From: Bifidobacteriaceae bacterium
GTDB taxonomy: Bacteria > Actinomycetota > Actinomycetes > Actinomycetales > WQXJ01
Length of the DNA stretch: 64,000 nucleotides
Direction of reading: 5' to 3'
NCBI GenBank assembly: GCA_031272885.1
Contig: JAISSX010000043.1
Span: forward strand, 9,851 to 73,850
The position numbers were made by a program, and so were the translations under genes. A model generated the notes under the pieces. The model made no database searches. It was not told the origin of the DNA and saw only the letters and a list, made by a program, of their open reading frames with translations. Below are positions 1-10,306 of the stretch, in pieces; positions within the stretch are counted from its first letter, which is position 1, and each line of letters opens with the position of its first letter.

Positions 1-869
1 CAGCGCTCCGCGATGGCCAGGGTGGCGTCGCAGGCCTCGGGGTGGTCACGCCAGACGTGCCGCATCTCCTCAGATGACTTGAGGTAGAAATCATCGGCAT
101 CGAAGTGGAACCGAGTTGGATCGGCCAGCGTCTTACCGCTCTGCACACACAGCAGGGCGGCGTGCGCGGCAGCGTCTTCAGGGGCCGTGTAGTGAAGGTC
201 GTTGGTGGCCACCAGGGGTGCACCAATCGCCTTGGCCAGCCGCAGCAGGTCGCCGATGACGCGTTTCTCGATGGCGAGGCCGTGGTCCATCAGTTCGACG
301 AAGTAGTTGTCCCGGCCAAGGATGTCTTGGAATTCCCCTGCCGCCTGCACCGCCTCGTCAAACTGGCCGAAGCGCAGGCGGGTCTGCACCTCGCCGGACG
401 GGCAGCCGGTGGTGCCGATCAACCCCTTGGCGTAGCGGTGGAACAGGTCGCGGTCCATGCGCGGCTTGTAGAACTGGCCCTCCAGCGAGGCCAGGGAGGC
501 CATGCGGAACAGGTTGTGCATGCCGGCCGTCGTCTCAGCCCACAACGTCATGTGGGTGTAGGCGCCCTGCTGCGACACGTCATCGGGCCCGCCATCGCCG
601 AACTGCACCCGGGTGCGGTCCTGCCGGGCCGTACCAGGCGTCAGGTACGCCTCCAGGCCGATGACGGGCTTGATGCCAGCCTTGTTGGCCTTAGACCAGA
701 ACTCGTGGGCGCCGAAAATGAACCCGTGGTCGGTGGTGGCGATGGCCGGCTGGCCCAGTTTGACGGCCCGTTCTAGCAGTTCAGGGATGCGGGCCGCGCC
801 ATCGAGCATGGAGAACTCGGTGTGCACGTGCAGATGGACAAACGAGTTCGCTGGTCCATCGGCAGGCAT
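1..869 (-). CDS. dnaE: DNA polymerase III alpha subunit, 5' part (runs off the window)
   Basis: Minus strand from ATG at 869 reads MPADGPANSFVHLHVHTEFSMLDGAARI, the PHP-domain start of DnaE; absent from the ORF track because it is truncated. Confidence 0.95.
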   Translation of the reverse strand, partial: MPADGPANSFVHLHVHTEFSMLDGAARIPELLERAVKLGQPAIATTDHGFIFGAHEFWSKANKAGIKPVIGLEAYLTPGTARQDRTRVQFGDGGPDDVSQQGAYTHMTLWAETTAGMHNLFRMASLASLEGQFYKPRMDRDLFHRYAKGLIGTTGCPSGEVQTRLRFGQFDEAVQAAGEFQDILGRDNYFVELMDHGLAIEKRVIGDLLRLAKAIGAPLVATNDLHYTAPEDAAAHAALLCVQSGKTLADPTRFHFDADDFYLKSSEEMRHVWRDHPEACDATLAIAER

Positions 870-986
870 GCCAGACACTCTAGTTTGCCCGGCCCGGGAC
901 ACGCCCGATGACGCGCGGAGGGGCCTGGGGCTTAGCCCCTCCATTTCCCGGGCCGGGTGGCTGTGACGGCCCTTGCGGGGCTAGCC

Positions 987-2423
987 CTAGAAGCGCGGCT
1001 CCACCTGCACCGAGATCCACTTTTCGGTGGTGAACTTGCCCACCACCCAGCGGGCGTTGAAGCGGCCCACGCCGGAGCGCTTCTCGCCGCCGAACATGAC
1101 GTGCGACTCGTCGTTGATGGACTGGTCGTTGACGTGCACCATGCCGCTCTCCATCCGCCGCGCCACCTGCATGCCGTGATACAGGTCGCGGGTGAAGACC
1201 GAGTTCGACAGGCCGTACTCGGTGTCGTTGGCGATGGCGATGGCCTCGTCCTCGTCCGCCGCCCGCATGATGCACACCACCGGGCCGAAGCACTCCTGCT
1301 TGGCGGCGGTCATGCCATTGGTGACGTCGCTCAACACCCAAGGGCTGATGAACGGGCCGTCGCGGTGGCCGCGCAGCGACACAGTGGCGCCCTCTTCGAT
1401 GGTCTTGGCGATCAGCGCTTCGATCTTGTCGGCCTGGGAAGCGTTGATGATGGGGCCAACGAAGATGTTCGGATCATCGGTGCGGCCCACCGGCAGGCTA
1501 GCGGCCATGGCCGTGAACGTCTCCACCACCTGCTCGTAGACGCCGGGCAGGCAGATGATACGGTTCAGGGCCATGCAGACTTGGCCCTGGTGGCAGTAGG
1601 CGCCAAACACGGCGGCCGCGCAGGCCTGCTGCACATCGGCATCATCCAGGATGATCATGGTGTTGTTGCCGCCCAGTTCCAGCGACACATCCTTGATCAT
1701 GCCGGTGGCCAGGGCGCCGATATGCCCGCCCACCTCGGTGGAGCCGGTGAAGGACACCAGCGCCGGCACCGGGTGCGTCACGATGTAGTCGCCGATGTCG
1801 CTGCCGCGGCCGGCGATGACGTTGATGACGCCGGGCGGGAAGCCGGCCTGTTCGAACAGTTCGCCGATGACGAAGGCCGAGGCTGGGGTGTCAGAGGCCG
1901 GCTTCAGCACCACCGTGTTGCCGGTGGCGACGGCCGGCACCACCGAGCGCATGGCCAACAGGAACGGGAAGTTGAACGGGGCGATGGTCAGGATGACACC
2001 CTTGGGCGAACGCCAGATGTAGTTCTCCTTGCCCGGAATGTCCGACGGCATGATGGTGCCGTCCATCATGTACGGGTAGTGGGTGGCCTGGGCGATCTCA
2101 TCCAAGGCGCCGCCAAACTCGAAGCCGTACTTGTGGGAGGCCGAACCGGCTTCTTCGATGAAGATCGAGATCAACTCGTCGTGGTAGGCCTCAACGACTT
2201 CGGCCAGTTTCAGCAGCAGCTTGCGCTTAGCGGCCGGCGGCGTGGCGGCCCAGGCGGGCTGGGCGGCCTGGGCGGCGGCGTAGGCGGCGTCGACATCGGC
2301 CCGGCTGGCCGAGCGGTATTCGAAGAGCAACTCGCCGGTGGCCGGGTTGTAGTCCTGCAAGACGGCATCGCCCGTACCCTCGCGCCATTCGCCGCCGATA
2401 AATTGCTTGGTGTATTGCTTCAT
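987..2423 (-). CDS. NAD(P)-dependent aldehyde dehydrogenase, benzaldehyde-DH-like
   Basis: PFNFP, FTGSTEVG, LELGGN, catalytic GQVCM, ECFGP and FGGEKRSG motifs; substrate is inferred. Confidence 0.92.
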   Translation of the reverse strand: MKQYTKQFIGGEWREGTGDAVLQDYNPATGELLFEYRSASRADVDAAYAAAQAAQPAWAATPPAAKRKLLLKLAEVVEAYHDELISIFIEEAGSASHKYGFEFGGALDEIAQATHYPYMMDGTIMPSDIPGKENYIWRSPKGVILTIAPFNFPFLLAMRSVVPAVATGNTVVLKPASDTPASAFVIGELFEQAGFPPGVINVIAGRGSDIGDYIVTHPVPALVSFTGSTEVGGHIGALATGMIKDVSLELGGNNTMIILDDADVQQACAAAVFGAYCHQGQVCMALNRIICLPGVYEQVVETFTAMAASLPVGRTDDPNIFVGPIINASQADKIEALIAKTIEEGATVSLRGHRDGPFISPWVLSDVTNGMTAAKQECFGPVVCIMRAADEDEAIAIANDTEYGLSNSVFTRDLYHGMQVARRMESGMVHVNDQSINDESHVMFGGEKRSGVGRFNARWVVGKFTTEKWISVQVEPRF

Positions 2424-2569
2424 TGCTCCGCCTTTCTGAGGACTAAAGGGCCATCGGGCTAGACCACATTGGCTAGTCGCGATACAATTGGTGTGATGAA
2501 TGTGGGTTCAGGGCACTACACTGTGTCCTGGTTCAACCCTACACCGCCCGGGCGGCGCAGGCCAGGGGT

Positions 2570-2593
2570 CATCCTGCCTGGCCAGGCAGGATG
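2570..2593. promoter_or_regulatory. Perfect 24-bp palindrome in the divergent intergenic region
   Basis: CATCCTGCCTGG|CCAGGCAGGATG is exactly self-complementary; function unknown. Confidence 0.5.
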
Positions 2594-2690
2594 CCGAACC
2601 GCCAAGCGGAACAGGGCCGGGTCTGCACTTTCGGGGTAATCCGTTAGTAGACATTTCCCGGGGGCAGCTAACCTTTCGGATAGGTCCTAT
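2589..2690 (+). ncRNA. Possible degenerate c-di-AMP (ydaO/yuaA)-like riboswitch aptamer
   Basis: Blocks GCCGAA-CC..GGAAC, CGGGGTAATC, GTAG, CCCG, CAGCTAACC and TAGG appear in the order of the ydaO consensus; the GGAACC block is missing. Confidence 0.3.
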
Positions 2691-2919
2691 TGGAGGTATT
2701 CCACGGCACCTGGCGCAGCGGGCCGAAGGTCCCGCTGGAATTATCCGATCAGAGCCTGGTGAGTCTTCTCAAACGCGAGATAGGCTGCCACTGCGCTGAT
2801 GTTCCCTCAGTTGCCGGACAACGTAGTCCGAACCGCTTGACACCTCAGCCCGCCTAACCAATAGCAGCCGGGGGACCAGTGTATCCACCGACCAAGCAAT
2901 AGAGCCCGGAAGGACCAAC

Positions 2920-4020
2920 ATGCAGGTTAAAGCCGCCGTGGCGCCCGCCCAGGGTGCCGATCTGGACATCAGAGAACTAGAACTAGACGACTATCAACCC
3001 GACGAGTTGCGCGTCCGCATGGTTGGCAGCGGCATCTGCCACACCGATGCGATTGTGCGTGACCAGTGGTATCCCGTACCCCTGCCGGCCGTGTTGGGCC
3101 ATGAAGGCTCCGGCGTGGTCGAGGCCGTGGGGGCTAACGTGCAGGGCTTCGCCGTCGGCGACCACGTGGTGTTGGGCCCGGCCACCTGCGGCGACTGCCG
3201 CAACTGCACGGCCGGCCACCCGCAATACTGCGATTACCTGTTCCCCTTCAACTTCGGCGGTTGCCGGCCGGATGGCTCGAAAGCCTTCCGCGATGGGGAC
3301 ACGCCAATCTCATCGCACTTCTTTGGCCAGTCATCCTTCGCCGAGGCCGTCAACGTGCGGGCCCGCAACGCCGTCAAGGTCTCCCCTGAAGTCCCCCTTG
3401 AACTGCTGGGCCCCCTCGGTTGCGGCCTCAACACTGGGGCCGGCGCCGTGCTCAACGTGCTGAAGCCGGTCCCTGGGTCCTCGATTGCCATCTTCGGCAC
3501 CGGCGCCGTTGGCCTGGCCGGCATGCTGGGCGCCATCGCTGCCGGCGCCAGCCAGATCATCATGGTGGACATTGTGCCGTCCCGCCTGGAGTTCGCCCTT
3601 GGCCTGGGAGCCACCGATGTAGTCAACTCCAAGGCCGGCGACCCGGTGGAGGCAATCCGCGAGCTGACCGGCGGCCTGGGCGTCAACCTGGCCCTTGACA
3701 CAACCGGTGTGCCGCAGGTCTTCAGCCAGATGACCAAGGCGCTGGCCGTGCGCGGCCACGGCGCCCTGGTGGGCGCCGCCCCGCTGGGCACCGACGCCGC
3801 CTTCGACATCGGCACCCTGCTGACCAGCGGTATCACCATCTCAATGGTGGTGGAAGGCGACTCGGTGCCGCGCCAGTTCATCCCGCTGCTGATCGGGTTG
3901 TACCAGGCCGGCCGTTTCCCCTTCGACCAGCTGATCAAGACCTACCCGTTCGCCGAGATCAACCAGGCGCTAGACGATTCCCTGGCCGGCGGCACCATCA
4001 AACCGGTGGTGGTGTTCTAG
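2920..4020 (+). CDS. Zn-dependent NAD(P) alcohol dehydrogenase, aryl/benzyl-alcohol DH-like
   Basis: GICHTD, GHEGSG, structural Zn site CGDCRNC..C, GPLGCG and GTGAVG motifs; RBS-like GAAGGA upstream. Confidence 0.92.
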   Translation: MQVKAAVAPAQGADLDIRELELDDYQPDELRVRMVGSGICHTDAIVRDQWYPVPLPAVLGHEGSGVVEAVGANVQGFAVGDHVVLGPATCGDCRNCTAGHPQYCDYLFPFNFGGCRPDGSKAFRDGDTPISSHFFGQSSFAEAVNVRARNAVKVSPEVPLELLGPLGCGLNTGAGAVLNVLKPVPGSSIAIFGTGAVGLAGMLGAIAAGASQIIMVDIVPSRLEFALGLGATDVVNSKAGDPVEAIRELTGGLGVNLALDTTGVPQVFSQMTKALAVRGHGALVGAAPLGTDAAFDIGTLLTSGITISMVVEGDSVPRQFIPLLIGLYQAGRFPFDQLIKTYPFAEINQALDDSLAGGTIKPVVVF

Positions 4021-4068
4021 GCCCGCCGGACTCTGCCTGAGTGGCCGCCCGCCCAGCGCCGCGGGCGG

Positions 4069-4989
4069 TCACCCAGAGCCTGTCGCCACCTGGCGCAGGG
4101 CGTCTAGGGCCGTCGCCAGGTCGGCCGGGTAGGGCGATTCCACCGCCACCGGCAGCCCGGTCACGGGGTGGGCAAACTCAAGGGCGGCCGCGTGCAGCCA
4201 CTGGCGTTCCAGACCCAGCCGGGCGGCCAGCTTCGGGTCGCCACCATAGAACGGGTCGCCCACCAGCGGATGCCCGATGGCGGCCAAATGCACCCGGATC
4301 TGGTGCGTCCGGCCGGTCTCCAGGTGAACCCGCAGCAGGGCGGCCCCCGGCAGCGCCTCGATCAGCTCATAGTGCGTGATCGAAGGCTTGCCGCCGTGCG
4401 TGACGGCAAACTTGAACTCCCCCGGCAGCCGGCCGATCGGCGCGTCGATAGTCCCCACCAGCGGGTCCGGCAGGCCCTGTACCACGGCGTGGTAGATCTT
4501 GTGCACCGCCCGGTCCCGGAACATCTGCTTCAACACCGAGTAGGCCGGTTCGGACTTGGCCACCATCATCAGCCCACTGGTGCCCACGTCCAGCCGTTGC
4601 ACGATGCCGCGCCGCTCCACCGGGCCGGACCGCGCCACCGCCACACCTTGGGCCAGCAGGGAACCGACCACCGTGGGACCGTCCCAGCCCGGGCCGCTGT
4701 GGGCGGCCACACCCACCGGCTTGTCTACCACCACCAGATCATGGTCCTCATAGGCGATGGGCAGTTCGACCACCGGCTCCACTTTGGCGGCCGTCTCCGG
4801 CAGTTCGACCCGCAGCAGCCGGTCCGCCTCCAACCGGTCGGACTTGCCGGCTACCTGGCCGTCCACCGTGATCAGCCCCTGTGCCGCCAGGTCTTGCACC
4901 TGGGTGCGGCTAAGGCCCAGCAGGCGGGCCACCGCCGAATCGACGCGTTCACCGGCCAGGCCCTCCGGCACCGGCAGTTCCCTGATCAC
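4069..4989 (-). CDS. rluD: RluA/RluD family pseudouridine synthase with S4 domain
   Basis: QRLDVGTSG and [11 protein letters not shown] motifs; directly downstream of lspA. Confidence 0.93.
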   Translation of the reverse strand: MIRELPVPEGLAGERVDSAVARLLGLSRTQVQDLAAQGLITVDGQVAGKSDRLEADRLLRVELPETAAKVEPVVELPIAYEDHDLVVVDKPVGVAAHSGPGWDGPTVVGSLLAQGVAVARSGPVERRGIVQRLDVGTSGLMMVAKSEPAYSVLKQMFRDRAVHKIYHAVVQGLPDPLVGTIDAPIGRLPGEFKFAVTHGGKPSITHYELIEALPGAALLRVHLETGRTHQIRVHLAAIGHPLVGDPFYGGDPKLAARLGLERQWLHAAALEFAHPVTGLPVAVESPYPADLATALDALRQVATGSG

Positions 4990-5699
4990 GCGGGCTCAGG
5001 CTCGGGTTCGGTTGCGACGGTGCCGGTGCTCTCCGCCACCTGCCCGATGTCGTCCGGCTCGGTCACGTCAACCGGCTCGTCTGGCTCGCCCGGCTCGTCC
5101 ACCGGCGGGTCGCCCGCGGCATCGGGCGCCTTGTCCCCCACAACCGACGCGGCGTCATCGGCGGCCGCAGCGTCGTCACCCTCATCTTCGGCGACGTCGG
5201 CGCCATCGGCCACCGGCGGGCGGACCGGACCCCAACCCCGCAGTACGGCCACCACCATCAACAACATGGCCACCACGATGGCGATATCCGCCACGTTGCC
5301 AACAAACAGGTTGCCGTAGGCGATGAAATCCACCACATGGCCGCGGCCGGGACCCGGCGAGCGAGCCAGGCGGTCCACCAGGTTGCCGGCCGCGCCGGCC
5401 AGCAACAGGCCGAGGGTGGCGGCGAAGGCATAGCCGGTGACCCGGCGGGCGTAGACAATCACCCCGGCTGTGACGCAAATCGCAAGGATGGTGAAGACCC
5501 AAGTGAAGTTGGAACCCATGGACAGGGCCGCGCCCGAGTTGAAAACCAGGCGCAGGGTCAACCAATCGCCGACCAGATTGACCACCTTGTCGCCGTCCAA
5601 GACGGACAACGCCCATTCCTTGGTGGCCTGGTCAAGACCGACCACAAGCCCTGCCACTGCGAACAGCAAAGCAGGCGCAGGCAGGCGGCGAATACTCAC
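4986..5699 (-). CDS. lspA: Lipoprotein signal peptidase II with acidic C-terminal tail
   Basis: [21 protein letters not shown] and NVAD motifs. Confidence 0.95.
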   Translation of the reverse strand: MSIRRLPAPALLFAVAGLVVGLDQATKEWALSVLDGDKVVNLVGDWLTLRLVFNSGAALSMGSNFTWVFTILAICVTAGVIVYARRVTGYAFAATLGLLLAGAAGNLVDRLARSPGPGRGHVVDFIAYGNLFVGNVADIAIVVAMLLMVVAVLRGWGPVRPPVADGADVAEDEGDDAAAADDAASVVGDKAPDAAGDPPVDEPGEPDEPVDVTEPDDIGQVAESTGTVATEPEPEPA

Positions 5700-5764
5700 G
5701 GGTGAACAGCCTACCGGCTGATCAGCGGGATCAAACCGATTCAGCTACCAGCATCAGGCCGGCG

Positions 5765-6454
5765 TCAGGCGGCGGCGGGCACCTCGCCCGAGCCGACCTT
5801 GCCGTCGATGTCCGCCAGCAGGTTCTCCAGGTAGGTGCGCAGGCGGGTGCGATAGTCGCGTTCAAAGATGCGCAGCTCATCGATCTTGCGTTCCAGCACC
5901 GCCCGGTCCTGCTCCAAGCGGGACATGGTCCGGGCCGAGGTTTCTTCCGCCTCGCGCACAATGCCGGCGGCCTTCGTCTTGGCCTCGGTCAGAATCTGTT
6001 CGCCCTCTTCCTGGCCGGCGCGCACATACTCGTCATGCAGCTTCTGGGCCAGGGCCAACATGGCGGTGGCCGATTCGGGCTGCGAGTCACGCAGGGCCTG
6101 GAACGGCACGGCCGGGGCGGCCGGGGCCGGAGCGGGAGCTGGGGCCGGCGGGATGATCGGTTCTGGCTCGGGCACCGGAATGGGCGCCGGGGTGGCCACC
6201 GGCACCGGCGCCGGGGCCGGAAGCGGGGCGGGGATGGCGGGCGGGGCCGCGGCGGCCCCCGCTTCCAACTCGGCCACCCGGGCCTCCGCCGCCGCCAGCT
6301 TGGCCTTCAGTTCGGCGTTCTCTTCCGCCAAGGCCCGCATGGCGAGGGCTACCTCATCCAGGAAGTCATCCACCTCAACCTGGTCGTAGCCTTCGCGGAA
6401 CTTTGTGGGCTGGAACTTCTTGAGCACCACATCGTCTGCAGTCAGTTGCGCCAT
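5765..6454 (-). CDS. divIVA: DivIVA/Wag31 polar growth protein
   Basis: LTADDV..KKF..REGYDQVEVDDFLD N-terminus; FERDYRTRLR C-terminal coiled coil. Confidence 0.95.
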   Translation of the reverse strand: MAQLTADDVVLKKFQPTKFREGYDQVEVDDFLDEVALAMRALAEENAELKAKLAAAEARVAELEAGAAAAPPAIPAPLPAPAPVPVATPAPIPVPEPEPIIPPAPAPAPAPAAPAVPFQALRDSQPESATAMLALAQKLHDEYVRAGQEEGEQILTEAKTKAAGIVREAEETSARTMSRLEQDRAVLERKIDELRIFERDYRTRLRTYLENLLADIDGKVGSGEVPAAA

Positions 6455-6561
6455 TTCTCCACCTTATTCCCAGCGCACCCCGGGCTCGGGGTTCGCACTG
6501 CCTATACGCTAGCCGATGAACGGCCCAGCTTGGCCCACTTCCCTTTGGCGCGCCGTGTTCT

Positions 6562-6849
6562 TTAGATCAACCAGGTGGCGAAGTAGGACACGGCGCTGAC
6601 AGCGATCACAACCACCAGGAAGCCAAGATCAAGCCCGATGCCGCCAATACGCACAGTGGGCAGAATCCTGCGGCAGGCCCGGATGGGTGGATCGGTCACT
6701 GTGAAAATGATTTCGGCGGCAGCCGCCACCCGGCCCCTGGGTCGCCAATCACGCGCAAACACCATCGCCAGGCTGAGCACCATACGGGCCAGCAGCACCA
6801 GCAGATAGAGCTGCGCCAGCGCCCACACAATGGTGGCGGCCAGCGCCAT
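6562..6849 (-). CDS. yggT: YggT/YlmG family membrane protein
   Basis: TDPP..R..LP..RIG..LDL motif; lies between sepF and divIVA. Confidence 0.9.
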   Translation of the reverse strand: MALAATIVWALAQLYLLVLLARMVLSLAMVFARDWRPRGRVAAAAEIIFTVTDPPIRACRRILPTVRIGGIGLDLGFLVVVIAVSAVSYFATWLI

Positions 6850-6854
6850 GGCTG

Positions 6855-7295
6855 CTACTCGCCGTCGAAGCTCCGGCGGTGGAAGTCCCCGCTGACCTCG
6901 CTCACCTCATAGGCGGCAGGCGAAAGCAGGAAGACCCTGGACGTGATGCGCTCGAGGCGACCGTGCAGGGCGTACGTCAAACCACCCGCAAAATCGACCA
7001 GCCGCTGCGAATCGGCATCGGACGCCTCGGTCAAGTTCATGATGACCGGGACGCCTTCGCGATACGGGCTGCCCACCGTCTTAGCCTCGTTGTAGCTGCG
7101 CGGACGCGCCGTCACGATGCGCTGCATCTGATCGGCGGCTTGCATCGCACCGACCCTCATGTTGCCTCCGTGAATTGGCACAACGTCAGCCGAGACCTCT
7201 TCGGGCTGCTCGTCGTAGTAGTAGTCATATTCTTCCGCTGGAACGGCGGACACAAGGCCCAGGCGTTCTGCAACCTTGCGCGCGGTACTAGGCAT
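6855..7295 (-). CDS. sepF: Cell division protein SepF
   Basis: PRSYNEA..PVIMNL..RLVDFAGGL..VFLLSP. Confidence 0.95.
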   Translation of the reverse strand: MPSTARKVAERLGLVSAVPAEEYDYYYDEQPEEVSADVVPIHGGNMRVGAMQAADQMQRIVTARPRSYNEAKTVGSPYREGVPVIMNLTEASDADSQRLVDFAGGLTYALHGRLERITSRVFLLSPAAYEVSEVSGDFHRRSFDGE

Positions 7296-7375
7296 CTGAA
7301 AACTCCTTTACTTGGGCGGGGAAGTGGCCCACGTCCAAAACGCTACGGGGCGGCCATACAGGTAGGCAGGACATT

Positions 7376-8077
7376 TCACGGCGTGTCGGAAGCGACACGC
7401 GCCACAATGCCGCCCTGACGGCCCGCTTTGGGCCCTTGGACGCGGTAGGAGTAGTAGCCGGGCGACGTGGCGGTGCAGACCTTGACGTCTGTGACGTGCT
7501 CCAGGCCCAGGCTTGTCAGTTGCTGCACGGCCGAACCGGCCAGGTCCAAGTAGGTTTGGCCAAGACTGGTGCGCATCACCCGGTGGCCGGCCGCGGCGGC
7601 CGGCCTGGCCACGTCCTCCCCCACTTCGTAGCAGCGGCCGCAGATGCCGGGGCCCACCGAGGCGTACAAGCCGGCCGGGGTAGCCCCCGCCGCCACCAGT
7701 TCTTCCACAACCCGGGGCAAGATGCCGCCCAACAGGCCGCGCCAACCGACGTGAACGGCTGCAACCAGGCCGGCCGCGACATCGGCCATAAGGACCGGCA
7801 GGCAGTCCGCCGTACGGATGACCAGGGCCACCCCGGGCAGGCGGGTGGCGAGGGCGTCACCGTGGCCGGCCACGGTGACCTGGGCGGTGGGTACGGCATC
7901 AACCCAGATCAGGTCGGTGCCGTGGACCTGGTCGGCAAAGACGGTGGGCACGCCAAGGTTGTGGGCCAAGGTGAAACGGCCGGCCATGGTGCCCAGGTCA
8001 GGTTCCGTGCCGGTGAAGAACGCCGGGCCGGGGAAACCGTCCGCGCTCGGGAACCGCCCTAGTCTTCCTTCAGCCAA
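7376..8077 (-). CDS. pgeF: Polyphenol oxidase/YfiH family peptidoglycan editing factor (start uncertain)
   Basis: [27 protein letters not shown] and YSYR motifs; downstream of ftsZ. Confidence 0.9.
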   Translation of the reverse strand: MAEGRLGRFPSADGFPGPAFFTGTEPDLGTMAGRFTLAHNLGVPTVFADQVHGTDLIWVDAVPTAQVTVAGHGDALATRLPGVALVIRTADCLPVLMADVAAGLVAAVHVGWRGLLGGILPRVVEELVAAGATPAGLYASVGPGICGRCYEVGEDVARPAAAAGHRVMRTSLGQTYLDLAGSAVQQLTSLGLEHVTDVKVCTATSPGYYSYRVQGPKAGRQGGIVARVASDTP

Positions 8078-9372
8078 TCCGGCACATCCAGCTCTTCCGG
8101 CTTGCGGGCCAGGCGCTCATGGCGGATGGTGTCGTAGATCGACCCGGCCGGCTGGACCGGCACGGCCGCCGTCGGCACGTCACCCTCATCCACCCCCTTG
8201 GGCGGGGTGACCACCGGGGCCGACTCGGCCGTGGTGTCGGCCCCCGGAACGGGCACCGGGGCCGGCTCCGACAACCGGGCGGCCAGGGCCTGCAGGCTGG
8301 GCGGCGCGGCGGGGAGCGTCATCGGGCGCGGGGTGGGCACGGACACCGGCGGGATGGCGATGGGCGAAGAACCCGTGGCCGGCAGTACCGAAGCCTGAAC
8401 CGGCGCGGGGGCCGGCGTGGGCTTCGGCGTGGGGTCGAAGCCGGCCGCGATCACGGTCACGCGCACCTCGTCGCCAAGGGCATCGTCGATGATCTGGCCG
8501 TAGATGATGTTGGCGTCCGGGTGGGCGGCCTCTTGCACCAGGCGGGCGGCCTGGTTGATTTCCTGCAGGGCGATGTTGGACCCGGCCTGGATGCACAACA
8601 ACACGCCCAAGGCGCCGTCGATCGAAGACTCCAGCAGTTGCGAGTTGATGGCCGCCTCCGTGGCCTTCAACATGCGGTCCTCGCCGGAGGCAAAACCGAT
8701 GCCCATCAGGGCGCTGCCGGCGCCCTTCATAACCGACTCGACATCGGCAAAGTCGACGTTGACCAGGCCCGGCGTGGTGATCAGGTCGGTGATGCCCTGC
8801 ACACCGCTGAGCAGCACCTGATCGGCCGCCCGGAAGGCGTCCATGATGGTGATGCCCGGGTCACTGATCTGCATCAGGCGCTCATTGGGGATCACAATCA
8901 GCGTGTCCACCTCTTGGCGCAGCTTCTCGATGCCGGCATCGGCCTGGGCCTCGCGGCGCCGGCCCTCGAAACCGAACGGACGGGTCACCACGCCCACCGT
9001 CAAGGCGTCCAGCTCGCGCGCGATCCGTGCCACCACTGGGGCACCACCGGTGCCAGTGCCGCCGCCCTCGCCGGCGGTGACAAACACCATGTCCGCGCCC
9101 TCCAGGACCTCGCGGATCTGCTCCACGTGGTCTTCCGCCGCCCGGCGGCCCACCTCGGGATCAGCCCCGGCGCCCAGGCCGCGGGTCAGTTCACGGCCCA
9201 CGTCCAGTTTGACGTCCGCATCCGACATCAACAGCGCCTGGGCATCCGTGTTGATGGCGATGAACTCCACGCCCTTGAGGCCCGATTCAATCATCCGGTT
9301 GACGGCGTTGACACCGCCACCGCCAATGCCAACCACCTTGATCACAGCCAGGTAGTTCTGGGGTGCCGCCAC
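8059..9372 (-). CDS. ftsZ: Cell division protein FtsZ
   Basis: GGGTGTG tubulin signature; likely GTG start ([15 protein letters not shown]) at 9372 behind GGAGG; C-terminal LDVPDWL. Confidence 0.98.
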   Translation of the reverse strand: MAAPQNYLAVIKVVGIGGGGVNAVNRMIESGLKGVEFIAINTDAQALLMSDADVKLDVGRELTRGLGAGADPEVGRRAAEDHVEQIREVLEGADMVFVTAGEGGGTGTGGAPVVARIARELDALTVGVVTRPFGFEGRRREAQADAGIEKLRQEVDTLIVIPNERLMQISDPGITIMDAFRAADQVLLSGVQGITDLITTPGLVNVDFADVESVMKGAGSALMGIGFASGEDRMLKATEAAINSQLLESSIDGALGVLLCIQAGSNIALQEINQAARLVQEAAHPDANIIYGQIIDDALGDEVRVTVIAAGFDPTPKPTPAPAPVQASVLPATGSSPIAIPPVSVPTPRPMTLPAAPPSLQALAARLSEPAPVPVPGADTTAESAPVVTPPKGVDEGDVPTAAVPVQPAGSIYDTIRHERLARKPEELDVPDWLKED

Positions 9373-9664
9373 TGGAGCCTCCGATGTGTCGAGTGACATG
9401 GGTATACATCAATGACGTTAGGCCAGCATCCCCGCCGAAACAATCACCACGGCCGCGTGTTGGCCTAACAGGCGATTCATGTTTCCCCGCCTGGAGCGGG
9501 AGTAGCGGGGGTGGCGGGGGTGGCGGGGCTAGACGTTACGCTGGGCCGGAAGTTGCCCTCAGGCCGACGGCCTGTGGGCAACCTGGGAACGAAGCGAGGT
9601 GCTCGTCGACCCCGGCGCCCGCACCATTGCTGTGCCTGGCCCTGCCACGCGCGCTCGGGCCCTT

Positions 9665-9886
9665 GGGTAGAGACTTGTTGCAGTCCGGAGGCGTCATCGA
9701 CCCCTTGGGTAGAGACTTGTTGCAGTCCGGAGGCGTCATCGGCCCCTTGGGTAGAGACTTGTTGCAGATTTTCGGGCCTGGAAGAGCAACATCTCTCTAC
9801 CCCATGCCCGAAACCGGCCGATCAAGTGCAACAAGTCTCTACCCGGCGATCGTCCTGGGCTCCGGTGGTGCAACAACTCTCTACCC
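9665..9886. repeat. Palindromic array A: 18-bp motif, 3 forward then 3 inverted copies, 42-bp period
   Basis: GGGTAGAGACTTGTTGCA at 9665, 9707, 9749; reverse-complement variants at 9785, 9827, 9869. Confidence 0.9.
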
Positions 9887-9916
9887 GGATGCCCGATAGC
9901 GTCCGCCCCGGCGAAC

Positions 9917-10176
9917 CGGAGAGACTTCCGGCGGTCAATCAGACCCAATGCGGCCATCCGGAGAGACTTCCGGTAGTTCTGAAGCCCGATCCGGCCAGGT
10001 GGAGAGACTTTCGGTAGTCAGACAGGCCCAATCCAGCGATCCGGAGAGACTTCCGGTAGTTCTGGAGCGCCAGAACTACCGGAACTCTCTCCGCTTGATC
10101 GATCTGGGCCCGAAAACTACCGCAAGTCTCTCCGGATCGGGTTTGACGGGTGCTGGAACAACCGAAAGTCTCTCCG
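9917..10176. repeat. Palindromic array B: 20-bp motif, 4 forward then 3 inverted copies, 41-42-bp period, variable spacers
   Basis: Consensus CGGAGAGACTTCCGGTAGTT at 9917, 9959, 10000, 10042; inverted variants at 10074, 10115, 10157. Confidence 0.9.
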
Positions 10177-10306
10177 CTTCGTTGACCAGGCCGCTGGCTG
10201 GGCACGTCTCCGCGACCGCTTTGCGGTCCGCGTCGACACGCGCGGGTTAGCCGGAGCCGGGCCAACGACACCGCCCCAGGCGCTACCACAAACCGCCTGT
10301 CACACT

